This document shows, in pieces, positions 37,881 to 48,635 of a stretch of DNA of 64,000 nucleotides (the first letter of the stretch is position 1; each line of letters starts with the position of its first letter). The stretch spans positions 4,493 to 68,492 of the forward strand of contig CAWFZJ010000016.1 in assembly GCA_963820205.1 (NCBI GenBank), read 5' to 3'. Both the position numbers and the translations under genes were made by a program. This DNA comes from an uncultured Verrucomicrobiae bacterium. Its GTDB lineage: Bacteria > Verrucomicrobiota > Verrucomicrobiia > Limisphaerales > UBA11358. The notes below the pieces were generated by a model that saw only the letters and a list, made by a program, of their open reading frames with translations, searched no databases and had not been told where the DNA came from.

Positions 37881-38701
37881 GAGACGTCAGGGTTGTTGCA
37901 TGCAAACAACAAGTTGCATGGGCATAAAATTTTTGTTTTGTCCTCTCTCCGTTGCATGGAATCCCTGTCATTACTTTAATTCTTTATGAATACCAGCTCC
38001 GTCCTTTATTCCCTTAAACCCTAAAACGCCCTAATCCCCCGGAGCGGAGCTGGTACCAAATTGCCGTAGTGCTCCATGGTTGATTCGGATCATTTCCGCG
38101 CCGTGAAACCACCGCAACCGTTCAATCCGACTTCCCCACAATGCAGCTAGTCGCTCTCAAGTACGTCCGGGAATCGGGAATCTTTCAAAATATTTTCAAT
38201 ATTCTGCCAGGGCCGGGAAGTTGGATGTCACGACCTGCTGTTTTGGCCCCGCCGGCTTTTTGGCTCCGGCCTTTTCCATTTGAATAATGAGGCTGATTTG
38301 ATTGGCGTTATATCATGCCGCTCTCGGCAAGCATCGGATCGCCGCTATGCTCCCGTTTGATGCGATGTTTGAGAAGGTAAAAGACCCGACGATTGGAGAA
38401 CGATACGCGAAGGACTCCCTTCTCACTGCCGCTCGCGATTCATCTTGTTCCGCTTCGCGTTGCTTTCGACAAAATACAGGCCCAACAAACCCCGTTCGGT
38501 TTTCAGCTTGGGTTTGGATTTGATGCGGTTGGTGAAAAATTCCACCAGCTTGATGAAGCGGGAAAGCAGTTTGGACATGGCTGGAGAAGTGTGAAGCCGG
38601 CAATATACGGGTCAATCAAAAAGCAGAAATTTCCGCAACCTTGTTTTGCGAGAGCCGCAAACGCGCCCGCGTGACCGCAATGGTCGCGGAATGGAGGCGG
38701 C

Positions 38702-38758
38702 GAAGTTTGGTCACGATCCGGTTTGGGCAAAGAGTAATTTCACCAAAATTGCTTTGAT
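38702..38758. repeat. direct repeat, copy A, upstream of the 38794 gene
   Basis: It is identical at 47 of 57 ungapped positions to 39544-39600. Confidence 0.6.
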
Positions 38759-38793
38759 CGTCCTGGGCACTGGATGTAATCTCGGGTAAACTC

Positions 38794-39525
38794 ATGAAAC
38801 GACCCACAGCGGAGACAGTCCTTGGCATCCTGACGTTATTGCTGGTCAGCCTCAACCCTTTATCGGCGGAAGACATCACCACCCTGGACGGTCAAAAATA
38901 TACCGACGTCCGGGACGTGAGTCTGAAACCCGGCGGCCTGTTTTTCGTCGTCGGCACGGGCGATTCCGTCAAGGGTGTCAACGTCCCTTACACCAATCTG
39001 CTGGACGAGGTGAAGGAGAAGTATCATTACGATCCCTATGAGGTATCCCTGGCCTTTGCCCGGCGGAACCAGCCGATTATTTTGACCAAGAACCTGGCCT
39101 TCTCGATGGATAACCTGGAAGCGGCCAAGAAAAAGGCGAAGGAGGAAAAGAAGCTGATGGGCTTCATCATGGTGTGGGACTACTTTTTCGTGCGCTCCCA
39201 CCCGATGCATTCGAGCAGCAACGGCGCCCTGGCGCATTTTTACGATGTTTTTCATGACAGCCTGGTACTGGTGTTTGTGCGGCATGAGAGCGAGCTGGGC
39301 CTGGTTCCTGGCGCGGTTAGGGCCGGCTTTAGCGGGCCGGACGAAGGCGGTATTGCGCCCAACATGGCGGTGGTGACGGCAGATTGTTCGCAGTTGGTCT
39401 GCGAAATCCCCTGCGGCGGCAAGGAATATAACCCCCGGGTCCGGGAGCAAATCTTCCGCGAGAAGATTGCCGTGATCAATGCCTTCCTGAAGGCGCAGAA
39501 AAAGGAGACCCAGGCCAGCCAATGA
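38794..39525 (+). CDS. secreted hypothetical protein
   Basis: This is a 243-aa ORF. The signal peptide is MKRPTAETVLGILTLLLVSLNPLSAED. Confidence 0.7.
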   Translation: MKRPTAETVLGILTLLLVSLNPLSAEDITTLDGQKYTDVRDVSLKPGGLFFVVGTGDSVKGVNVPYTNLLDEVKEKYHYDPYEVSLAFARRNQPIILTKNLAFSMDNLEAAKKKAKEEKKLMGFIMVWDYFFVRSHPMHSSSNGALAHFYDVFHDSLVLVFVRHESELGLVPGAVRAGFSGPDEGGIAPNMAVVTADCSQLVCEIPCGGKEYNPRVREQIFREKIAVINAFLKAQKKETQASQ

Positions 39526-39543
39526 AATGAAGCGAAAGGATTT

Positions 39544-39600
39544 GAAGTTCGGTCACGACCAGGTTTGGGCCAAGAAAAATCTCTCCCCAATTGCTTTGAT
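39544..39600. repeat. direct repeat, copy B, downstream of the 38794 gene
   Basis: See copy A at 38702-38758. Confidence 0.6.
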
Positions 39601-39685
39601 GTGCGCATCTCAGTTTCTTGCCGGGTGGTGTAAGCTCAGGACATGACAACTACCTGTTTTAAGTCCGTAGCCTCCGGCATGGTGT

Positions 39686-40334
39686 GTGGAGCATCGTGCG
39701 AACCGCTTGCGGTGCTGCCCGGCTCGACCGCAAAACAGTCCCGGCACTCGCCACGATGCCTGCCTTGCGTCGCTGGCTTACGCAGGGCGGGCGTTTCACC
39801 GGCCGGGCGGTGAAGGCGAATGGAAGCTGTTAATCATGCTCGCCTATTTCACCGGGGCGCGGCTTTCCGATTGCTGCCGGATGCAATGGGAAGGCGTGGA
39901 CTTGACCGAAGAAACCCTGACTTACACGCAAGCCAAGACCGGCGCGAAAGTGACCGCCCCGCTTCACCCTGACTTGCTGGCGCGATTGAACAAGCTGGCG
40001 GGGACAGACAAGCCGGAAGTGTTCATCCTGCCGCACATGGCGAATTTGCGGCCCGGCGGAACGCCACGGGCTTTCCGAAACCTTCAAACGCATCATGCGG
40101 AAGGCGGGCGTGGATTCACAGACGGTGAAGGGCGCGGGCAATCAGATGTTTTCCCGCCGTTCATTCCACGCCTTGCGCCACAGCTTCACAAGCGCGCTGG
40201 CCAATCAAAACGTGTCCGCTGAATTGCGGATGAAACTCACCGGCCACAAGACGGAAGGCGAGCATCAAAAATACACGCATCACGAAATGGACAATCTCCG
40301 CGCCGCCGTCCAAAAAATCCCGTCTCTGGGCTGA
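39686..40334 (+). pseudogene. tyrosine recombinase/integrase, 5'-truncated and frameshifted
   Basis: The catalytic-domain motifs are split over two frames. WKLLIMLAYFTGARLSD..VDL..YTQAKTG lies in ORF 39686..40222, and SFHALRHSFTSALAN..LTGHKT..YTH lies in ORF 40095..40334. No N-terminal core-binding domain is present. Confidence 0.75.
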
Positions 40335-40423
40335 ATTTTATTTCAACCGCCAGCTTTCTCGCCTACCGTTGCGCCGCGCCAACGCGAAAGCGCACTTGAC
40401 GCCGGTAACATTTATGCTACTCT

Positions 40424-40750
40424 ATGAACGGCTCTTTTGAGATTCGGGAATTCGTTGAAAACGGACGCTCGCCCTACGCCGAGTGGCACGACACTTTGGA
40501 CAGCGTGACGGCAGAGCGGGTTGACAGATATATGCTGCGGCTGGAACAAGGCAATTTCGGCGCGGTCAAAACATTGCCAGCCGGTGTCTTTGAAGTGCGA
40601 ATGGATTTTGGGCCGGGCTATCGCGTGTATTTTGGACGCGCAGGCCGCGCCATCGTCATTCTGCTTGGCGGCGGCAGCAAACGACGGCAGGACGCCGACA
40701 TTGCCGCCGCCGTGGAACGCTGGAAACGATACAAACAAACGAAACGATAA
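40424..40750 (+). CDS. RelE/ParE-superfamily addiction-module killer protein
   Basis: It reads FVENGRSPYAEWHDTLDSVTAERVDRYMLRLEQGNFGAVKTLPAGVFEVRMDFGPGYRVYFGRAGRAIVILLGGGSKRRQDADI. This is the typical putative addiction-module killer pattern. Confidence 0.8.
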   Translation: MNGSFEIREFVENGRSPYAEWHDTLDSVTAERVDRYMLRLEQGNFGAVKTLPAGVFEVRMDFGPGYRVYFGRAGRAIVILLGGGSKRRQDADIAAAVERWKRYKQTKR

Positions 40751-40751
40751 A

Positions 40752-41072
40752 ATGATTACAACACGGTCTTACCACGAAACAATTGTGGCGCGGATAAAAC
40801 GCGACCGCGAGTTTGCGCGGCTGTTTTACGCCGGCGCGGTGGAAATGATTTTAGAAGGCGAAACCGCCGGGGCGCTTTCCAGACTCCGGGATTTGGTGAA
40901 CGCTCAAATCAGCTTCAAAGAACTGGCGCGGCAGACCGGCCTGGGGGAAAAATCGCTTCACCGGATGCTGGGTCGCAACGGCAATCCCACCGCGCACAAT
41001 CTCGCCGCCATTCTGCGGAGCGTCGCCGAAGATTTGCAGATCAAGCCGCGCGTGGAACTGGCAATGGCGTAA
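40752..41072 (+). CDS. HTH addiction-module antidote protein
   Basis: It starts 2 nt after the toxin stop. The HTH region is ..ISFKELARQTGLGEKSLHRMLGRNGNPTAHNLAAILRSV. Confidence 0.8.
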   Translation: MITTRSYHETIVARIKRDREFARLFYAGAVEMILEGETAGALSRLRDLVNAQISFKELARQTGLGEKSLHRMLGRNGNPTAHNLAAILRSVAEDLQIKPRVELAMA

Positions 41073-42069
41073 ATCAAGCAACCCGTGAAAACGAACCTCA
41101 CGCAACGGCGGATCAAGGCGCGCAAAGCGTCCGCGTGCGGCCTCTGCAAGCCGTGGAAACAAGGCTGAATGAAAACCGCGCGCGACATCCGGCACGCGCA
41201 GCGCGCCCAACAGCAATTCCGCGAAGTCGGATTCTGCAATGCACCGTCGCCTTGCCGCCAATGCCCTTGCCGCCGGGGAAAGCCTTAACAGCTATTGCAC
41301 CAAGACCCTCGTGAAAGCGTGATGCCAGCCGCGCCGACGTGGAAAAAATCCCATCGCTCCACTGAATCCAGTTTGCGGCACGCGGGGGGAATTTCAGTTC
41401 GCGCTTTGCGTCTCGTCGCGCTCAAAACCAACGGGCGCGCAACCATTCACGGTTTTCTCTTGGCGAATGTCACCGCCGGGTTCGCTTGTTCGACATTGGA
41501 ATCTCAATCATCATTAGTTCGCCGCGAAAATAACTGGACGAGCACAACGGTAAAACAAACGAGAAAGCCGATGTTCCAGGCTAAACTACCCTCTTTGGTC
41601 GTATCCACTCCAAGCCACTTCTTTAGCGCAGCCGCTACGCCTATTCCGGTTATAATCAGGCACCAGGCAATTTCTGCACCCCTCAAGGCCGCAATTCTCG
41701 CCATCGTCAATTCGTCAGCCTCCCAGGGTGCGGGCATGGTGCCGCTGGCCGTTGCGTAAGAGGGGCATGACCCCAATTGCCTGGCCGTCCTTCTCTTTTC
41801 CGATCCCACAAGTGGTTTGGAAACCGATTCGAGTTCTGGAAAATGGCACTTTCGTTCGATTCCTCGGTGAACGGAAAAATTTGAATGGGCCACCGGAACA
41901 TTCTCACCGGTCAAATTTTCGACATTGCAAAACCTGTTGACAGCAGGCGCTTTTACCGATGAAAAGCAACGAATGAGAAGGCGTTTATTCTCACTTTTAT
42001 TCTCACTTTCGGTTTTTGAAAAATCCGAAAACGGGAAAAACCATTGGTATCATTGCTCCAAATTGAGGT

Positions 42070-42143
42070 TGGAGCGGGTGAAGGGAATCGAACCCTCATC
42101 TCAGGCTTGGGAAGCCCGCATTCTACCACTGAACCACACCCGC
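42070..42143 (-). tRNA. tRNA-Gly (anticodon CCC)
   Basis: The reverse complement is GCGGGTG TG GTTC AGTGGTA GAAT G CGGGC TTCCCAA GCCTG AGAT GAGGG TTCGATT CCCTT CACCCGC T CCA. It folds as a cloverleaf with encoded CCA and a 7-bp acceptor stem. Confidence 0.9.
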
Positions 42144-42272
42144 CTTCGCTTCGCTTCGGCGCGGCAAGCCCGCCAACACGTTCGACGAATTCACTCATGT
42201 CTGGCCGGCCCGCGTTGTATCTCATTGCTTCTACCAAATCGCCTGCCGTCTGGCAACAGGTTTGCACGGTAA

Positions 42273-45080
42273 TCACGCCACGGCATCCAGCCGGCTGATG
42301 GCTCCGCGCAAATGGCGTTCAATCAAAGCTTGCCGTTCCGGCGCAGTGACCTTGTCTCCGTCAGGTTCGCACACGTAAAAACTGTCAATCGCCGCGCCGC
42401 GTTCGGTGACGATGCGCGCGGCGGAAATATCCAGCGCAAATTCGGCGAACGCACGCGAAATGGTGTAAAGCAGGCCCAAGCGGTCTTCGGTCTCAATTTC
42501 GATGAGCGTGCGCGTGTCGGAAGCCTCATTGTCAAAATAAATCTGCGTCGCAATCCGCTCGCCAGCGTAAGCCTGATAAACCGGCCGCGCAACAATCTGG
42601 CGGGCGATGAGCGCGGGCAGATCCACGGCTTCGTCGTTCAACACTTTGTCGAGCAGGCTGCCGAATTTTTCGTGCTGCTCGCGCGTGGCGAGATTGCCGG
42701 TTTGGGCGTCGTTGACAAAAAATTTGTCGAGCACGATGCCGTCGCCGCGCGTAAAAATCTGCGCGCTGAGAATGTTCAGCCCGACGGCGCTGAACGAGCC
42801 GGCAATTTTGCTGAACAGCCCGGCGCGATCCCAGGTGCAAATCTTGACGAGGTTGTAACCACGGTCAGCTTCATCCTGCCACGCCGTGGCGGGCGACAAC
42901 ACGCGTTCCTCCTCCAAAATCTGCCGGCGCATGAAATGGTGCGTCAGTTCGATATCGTTGAGGATGTCCCTCGCCGTGTGAATTTCAAAATAACGCTGGG
43001 GCAGCGCGGCGAAATGCGCGTTGATTTCCTCGTCACTGATTGGTTTCGACGCCAGCGCGCGGACTTCCTGCAGCAGCGTTTCGCGTTGTTTCTGCGAAAC
43101 GCGGACGAATTCCGTGCCTCCGCCCAGCAACGCCAGGCGCGCTCGTGCAGTTGCCAGAGCAGCAAGTCCTTGAAGCCGTTCCACAGTTTGTCGCTCGTGC
43201 CCTGGGAATCGGCGAACGTCAGCAGCGTGAGCAGATTCAGCACCTCGGGCGTTTGCACCTGCCGGGCGAAAAGGCGGATGACGGCGGGATCATCCAGATC
43301 GCGCCGCTGGGACAAACTGGCCATAAGCAGATGATTTTCGATGAGAAGATGCAGCGTGGCGGATGCCGAGCCGTCCAGCCGCAGCCGTTTCGCTGCGCGC
43401 CGGGCCATCTCCGCGCTGGCTTCGGCGTGGCGGCCCCTTTTATGTAACGCCGATTTGCCGACATCGTGCAGCAACAGCGCCAGGTAAAGCAGGCCGGGCC
43501 GGTCGAGGCTTTGGAACAGGGGCGCGTAATGTTTATAAGGCTCATCCTTTGCCTCCCAGATCCGGTCGAGTTGTTCCAGGCAGACCAGGGTGTGCTCGTC
43601 GGCGGCGTACTGATGATAAAATTCATGCTGCACGAGACAGGTAAGCTTGCCAAATTCGGGGATGTATTTTCCGAGCAGGTTCACCTCGTGCATCGCGCGC
43701 AGAATCGGCGCGACGCTGCCGCGGCGTTCGAGAATGGTCAGAAATGTTTCGCGCACGTGTTCGTCGTTCAAAAAATCGCGGTCCACGAGCGAAAGCTGGT
43801 TGCGGATGAGCTGCGCGAGGTCGGGATGCAATTGCAAATGGCGTTGCTGGGCGTGAAGGAAAACGCGCATCAACCGGCGCGGCGAGTCGCGGAAAACGCG
43901 GTTGGCCGCGGCGCGAATTTCCCCGTCTCCAAACAAGAAACCGTCCACCGGCTCCGCCGGCCGGCTCCGTTTGGGCAGCCAGGCGCGGAGCGAAGTTAGC
44001 CCGGCTCTGCGGCTGCGCGAGCAGGGCCATGCGCTGTTCCAGCGTGCGCGTGACGAGAAAAATGTTCCGCATGTGCGTATAGAGGTCACGCATGAACTTT
44101 TCGATGCGCCGGCTCGGCGACCGCTCACCGTAGCCGAGACCAAGCGCCACGGCGGGTTGCAGATTTTTGCCGAGCACATCCACCGGGCGGTTGACGTGAT
44201 AGTGCAGTTCCGTACGCACTCGCAGCAGAAAGTCGTAGGCGGCTTCGAGCTGCCGGCGCTCGGCATCGGTGACAAACTCGCGTTCCTGCAATTCCCTCAG
44301 CGAGCGGGCGCGATACTTGAAGAACGCCATCCACAGCACATTTTGGAAATCGCGCAAGCCGCCGCAACCGTTTTTGATGTTCGGCTCCTGCATGCAGGCC
44401 GAGTTGCCAAACTTGCCATGCCGCCCCGTCTGGTCTTCGAGCCGCGCGGCGATGTATTTTTCCTCAAAGCCGTCAACACATTTGGCCACGAGCGTCTTTT
44501 GAAATTTTTTGAACAGCGCCTCGTCACCCGCAATCAGCCGCGCCTCGATGAGTGACGTTTTGGACTGCATGTCCGAGTTGGCAACGTTGACGCAATCGCC
44601 CAGGCTCCGCACCGAGTGGCCGACCTTCAACCCCACGTCCCATAGCGGATACAACACGCCGTCAATCAGCTTGGACAAATGCGGCAGCGGTTTGTTGGCC
44701 GCAACCTGTTGTCCGTCGTGCAGAAACATGAAATCAATGTCGCTGTGCGGATTCAATTCCGCGCGGCCGTAGCCGCCGATGGCCACCAGCGCCAGCGGCG
44801 GAAATTCCTTTTGCGCCTGCGCGGACAAACCCGTGCGCGCCGTCTCCCACAGATGCCGCAACAGCGCGTCCAAAATGGCCGCGCGCGCCCGGCAAATTTC
44901 GCGTCCGCCCACGCCGGCCCGATGCTGTAGTTTGAGCCGGTGCGTTTCCACCTTGAGAAAGCCCTTGTAGCGCGCGAGTTTTTCCGCCGGGCTACTGTTC
45001 GGCAGTGACGGCAAACGCGCTTTGGCGTCGGCTTCAATTTTTTTGATCAAATCCTGCACGGGCGCATAAATTGGGAGCAA
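42273..45080 (-). CDS. glnD: [protein-PII] uridylyltransferase/uridylyl-removing enzyme, two frame interruptions
   Basis: The NTase part (LVAIGGYGRAELNPHSDIDFMFL) is in ORF 43623..45080. The HD domain (LLLHDVGK) is in ORF 42944..44275. The two ACT domains are in ORF 42273..43184. The switches lie near 43995-44015 and 43157-43162. Confidence 0.85.
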
Positions 45081-45208
45081 ACAGCGTTCAAAGCAAGCAT
45101 CGGAGGGACGAGTTACACGAGTCCCTGATTTTTGGGACTTGCATGGCTCGTCCCCCCGAAGCAGCGAAACCTTTTCGTGCGGGCGGCGTCTGCTACACTT
45201 TGCCCGCG

Positions 45209-45817
45209 ATGCCAGACCAACCCGACCCGGATGCCGTCCTGATGCTGCGTGTCAAGCGCGGCGACCGCGCGGCATTCGCGGAACTGGTGGAAAAATACAA
45301 GCAGCCGGTGTTGAACTTCATCTACCGCACCCTGCGCGACGAGACCGAGGCCGAGGACCTCGCGCAAAACGTGTTTTTGCAGGTTTACAAATCCCGGAGC
45401 CGCTACCGGCGGACGGCAAAATTTTCCACGTGGCTCTTCACCATCGCGCGCAATCTCTGCCTGAACGAACTCCGCCGCCGCTCGCGCCATCCCGCCGAAT
45501 CCATCGAGGAAACCCACGCCGAAAACGAGGATCAGCCCCAACGGCAATACGAGGACAAATCGCAGATGGCGCCGCCGGAAAAGCTGCTGCACGGCGAGCT
45601 GGCGCAAAAAATCGAGGAGGCGCTGGCCGAACTGCCGGAAAACCAGCGCAGCGCCATTTTGCTCTGCCGGCAGGACGAGTTGAGCTACGAGGAAATCGCC
45701 GAGGTCCTGGACTGCTCGCTTTCGGCCACGAAATCGCTCATCCATCGCGGCCGTGAAACGCTCAAGGAAAAACTCAAACGCTATTTAAGCACCGGCGACT
45801 GGCTTGAGCCGAAGTGA
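45209..45817 (+). CDS. ECF-type RNA polymerase sigma factor
   Basis: It reads VKRGDRAAFAELVEKYKQPVLNFIYRTL.DETEAEDLAQNVFLQVYK (region 2). Region 4 is ..ELPENQRSAILLCRQDELSYEEIAEVLDCSLSATKSLIHRGR. An alternative start lies at 45143. Confidence 0.85.
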   Translation: MPDQPDPDAVLMLRVKRGDRAAFAELVEKYKQPVLNFIYRTLRDETEAEDLAQNVFLQVYKSRSRYRRTAKFSTWLFTIARNLCLNELRRRSRHPAESIEETHAENEDQPQRQYEDKSQMAPPEKLLHGELAQKIEEALAELPENQRSAILLCRQDELSYEEIAEVLDCSLSATKSLIHRGRETLKEKLKRYLSTGDWLEPK

Positions 45818-46135
45818 AAATTCTGCTATTCCGGACATCGGCGTATGGATCATCAACAAGGGCAAGATTCCCGTCGCCGAATGCCGCGCCTACGCCAAAC
45901 AATTCAACCCGACCACTTTCAATGCCGATGCCATTTCGTCAACCATCGTGGTGAAAATCAAAGGCGCGCCGGAGGTTCTGTGAGGCGCAGCCAGCGCGGC
46001 TGGCGAAGAAAGTGATTTGCACGGATGAAATTTAACGAGCGCAGCCATCCCGGCTGCGGTTCGGCGCGCCCTCGTGTCGAACACGAACGCGGTTGTCATG
46101 GCGTCGCTCTGCGACCGCCAAACGACTGGAAGCCT

Positions 46136-46220
46136 TGACGCAAAGATGCAGAGGACGCCGAGAAGCGCGGAGAAAAATTAACTCTGCGAAACTTTGCGTT
46201 CTCCGCGCCTCTGCGTTGAA
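46136..46220. repeat. palindromic intergenic repeat
   Basis: The segment gcagagg..cgcggagaa (left) pairs with ttctccgcgcctctgc (right). It lies in the gap between the sigma-factor gene and the methyltransferase gene. Confidence 0.55.
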
Positions 46221-46261
46221 AGTGTTTGCGCAGGAAAACAAAAGATTGCGCCGGGCAAACG

Positions 46262-47080
46262 TCAGCCGCGCTGGCGGGTCGCTTCGTAAAGGAATATGCC
46301 CGTGGCGACGGCCACGTTCAGCGAATTCATGTGGGATGGCATCGGGATTTCCACCAGGTCGTCGCACGCCGCCAGCACGGCCGCTGTGAGGCCCGGTCCT
46401 TCCGCGCCAAACACCAAGCAGCAGTCGCCCCGCAAATCCACGGCCGTCAGCTTCTTCGCCCCGGGCCGGGGATGCGCCGCCAGACACCGCACGCCGCGCG
46501 CCCGCAGCGACGTCAGTTTTTCCACCAGATTGTCCACGTGTATCAACGGTTGCTCGAAGGTGGTGCCCATGGAACCGGACACCGCGCGGCGCTGGAACGG
46601 ACTGCCGCACGTCTCGCCCACAATCAGAAAATGCGCGCCAAACGCCGCGCAGTTCCGGACCACCGCGCCCAGATTTTCCGCGCTGGCAATGCCCTCCACG
46701 GCGGCCAGCAACAATGGACGCGGTGAATTTTTCAGGAGCGTTTCAAAATCCGGCTGCGGCGGGATTTTGGCCACGGCCAGCGCGCCCTGATGCAACTGGT
46801 AGCCGGTGATGGTTTCCAGCAGCTTCCGTTCGCCGACATAGACGCAGATCTCTGCTTCCGGCCGGGCGCGCAATTGTGGTTCGAGCTGTTCCAGCCACGC
46901 GGGCGTGAGCAGCGCGGAGACGACGGTGTACCGGCTCGCCAGCAACCGTTTGACCACTTTGATATTGGTGGCCACCAGTACCCCTGCCCGCTCATGTTCC
47001 TCGACGCGGCGGAGGGTGCAATACAACGCCAGTTCCGGCGCGTCGAGAGACTGAATGGTTTGGATGCGCAAAATCGCCAC
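46262..47080 (-). CDS. TrmH/SpoU-family RNA 2'-O-methyltransferase
   Basis: It reads ..LLLAAVEGIASAENLGAVVRNCAAFG..LVFGAEGPGL..VEIPM.S.MNSLNVAVATGIFLYE. The start is uncertain. I chose the GTG at 47080, while the ORF track extends to 47284. Confidence 0.8.
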   Translation of the reverse strand: MAILRIQTIQSLDAPELALYCTLRRVEEHERAGVLVATNIKVVKRLLASRYTVVSALLTPAWLEQLEPQLRARPEAEICVYVGERKLLETITGYQLHQGALAVAKIPPQPDFETLLKNSPRPLLLAAVEGIASAENLGAVVRNCAAFGAHFLIVGETCGSPFQRRAVSGSMGTTFEQPLIHVDNLVEKLTSLRARGVRCLAAHPRPGAKKLTAVDLRGDCCLVFGAEGPGLTAAVLAACDDLVEIPMPSHMNSLNVAVATGIFLYEATRQRG

Positions 47081-47267
47081 GCCGGAATTAAAGCGCGTGG
47101 CGGTGGCAATGAAAAGCGCGGAGAAAGATTTCTTCCACCATGGCCAACGAGTTACTTCACCTTTTCCACCACTAGCATCTCGATGGGTTCGCGGCTGGGC
47201 ACCCGTTCGAGCATCAAGCTGCCGCACACTACCTCTTTTAAATTGTTGGAATGAGGATTCAACCGGA

Positions 47268-48440
47268 CTACATGCCGCCGTCAAAGTACCAGTGTTTGGC
47301 AGAGTTGTCGCACCGGATGCACAGTTGCCATTTCCTGATCCCGCCGCCTTTCAGCCGGATTTCGTAGGGCACATAGATACCCGCATATTCTTTATTATTC
47401 CATTCGATTACCCTGCCTTTGAATGGCTTCCCCAGACTGACGATTTTCAGGCCACCATACTGATCTTTGTAGCCCTCTTCCACGGCCCCCCCCGGCGGCC
47501 AGAACCGGGCAACCTCCTCCCAATCCTCGTGTCCAAAAGCTTCCAGTAACGTTCTGGCCGCCTGCTCCGGCGTCATGCCCGTCATGTTCGCATATTTCAC
47601 ATTCTCGCTGCTGGACAACTCCTTCGTTGATGAGAAAATTGAGGCGTTTGTCCGGTAGTGGTGAATGATAACGGGTGTTGTGCCCGCAGCTAAAATCATC
47701 GCTACGCCAACTACGATAGCTGTTTTTGCTTTTGTCCATGCCATAATTTTCAATGCTCCTTGGATGAGGGTTAAAGTCGAACCACTTGCCGCCGCGCCTT
47801 TGGCCACAGCAATGGCCGTCACGGATTTTGCCAGCGCCACCGGTGCGGCTTGAACTGAATTTGCCGAAATCGCCCCGGCAATGATGGCCGTGGTCGAGGA
47901 AACGCCGCGCCGGGCGAAAAAGGCCCGCAACTTTTCCAGCGCCCGGCTCACGCGCTTCTTGGCGGCTTCTTCATTCGCACCCAAAGCCGCGCCCACTTCC
48001 CTCAGGCTTTTGCCGTCGAAAAACCGCAGCACGACGGCGTGGCGGTCGGTTTCATTCAACCCCGCCATCGCCGCGTCCAGCAGCGGGGCGATTTGCATCC
48101 AAGCGTCGGATTCGTTTTCATTCAAAGCGGTTTGCATGCGGACCTCCTGTTCGCGGCGGGCGCGCCGGACTCCGCCGCGGATAAAAGTCACCGCCGTCAG
48201 CCGTGCGGTTTGATACAGCCAGCCGGAAAGAATGACACGCCTGCCCAACTGCCGGGATTTCCTGGCCAGGATGACGAAGACCGCCTGGGTGATTTCCTCG
48301 GCGGAATGCGGATTGCCGGTCAGGCGCAGCGCGACCGAATAGACCTTGTTGACGTGCCGCGTGACGAGCGCGGCAAAGGCCTCCTCGGAATCGCGCTCGA
48401 CGTATTCGCGCAACAGGGCGTTGTCATCCAATTCCTGCAT
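47268..48440 (-). CDS. ECF sigma factor fused to a TM segment and C-terminal domain
   Basis: The N-terminal sigma-70 r2/r4 part is LLREYVERDSEEAFAALVTRHVNKVYSVALR..; LNETDRHAVVLRFFDGKSLREVGAALG. It is followed by Ala-rich TM helices and about 130 aa of an unknown domain. Confidence 0.8.
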   Translation of the reverse strand: MQELDDNALLREYVERDSEEAFAALVTRHVNKVYSVALRLTGNPHSAEEITQAVFVILARKSRQLGRRVILSGWLYQTARLTAVTFIRGGVRRARREQEVRMQTALNENESDAWMQIAPLLDAAMAGLNETDRHAVVLRFFDGKSLREVGAALGANEEAAKKRVSRALEKLRAFFARRGVSSTTAIIAGAISANSVQAAPVALAKSVTAIAVAKGAAASGSTLTLIQGALKIMAWTKAKTAIVVGVAMILAAGTTPVIIHHYRTNASIFSSTKELSSSENVKYANMTGMTPEQAARTLLEAFGHEDWEEVARFWPPGGAVEEGYKDQYGGLKIVSLGKPFKGRVIEWNNKEYAGIYVPYEIRLKGGGIRKWQLCIRCDNSAKHWYFDGGM

Positions 48441-48635
48441 CTACCTGTAAATGCCGCCGATTGGGCAAAAGGGACAATCTTTTTTTGCGGCAGATGGGGT
48501 GTTTGACACGAATTACACTAATTATCACCAATTCAGATGGAACTGATTTGTCATTCCCGGCGCGAGCGTCAGCGTAAAGCTATGCCACGCGGCAGGCTCG
48601 CGTAAAACTTCGCCACGCGGCAGGCTGCGTGAGCA

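Noticed and set aside
38581-38597. The sequence tggagaagtgtgaagcc as a degenerate copy of the tRNA-Gly 3' end (the att remnant of the island).
   Set aside because: Only about 12 of 17 positions match and a gap is needed. This is within chance expectation, so it is mentioned only as something to test.
37900-38700. An 800-bp gap with several 50-100-aa ORFs, including a 51-aa minus-strand ORF MSKLLSRFIKLVEFF.. at 38423-38578.
   Set aside because: I recognised no family signature, the ORFs are mutually overlapping, and the composition is heterogeneous. This is probably decayed island DNA and is left unannotated.
41295-41914. A plus-strand 154-aa ORF and a minus-strand 136-aa ORF.
   Set aside because: They are mutually exclusive and motif-free. 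Only the last 77 codons of the minus-strand ORF (41504-41737) look like a 2-TM peptide, which is too weak to call.
45843-45983. A short frame reading ..AECRAYAKQFNPTTFNADAISSTIVVKIKGAPEVL*, reminiscent of the N-terminal region of alpha-L-fucosidases.
   Set aside because: Only about 20 residues are similar. There is no start and no continuation. It is at best a tiny gene remnant and is not supportable as a feature.
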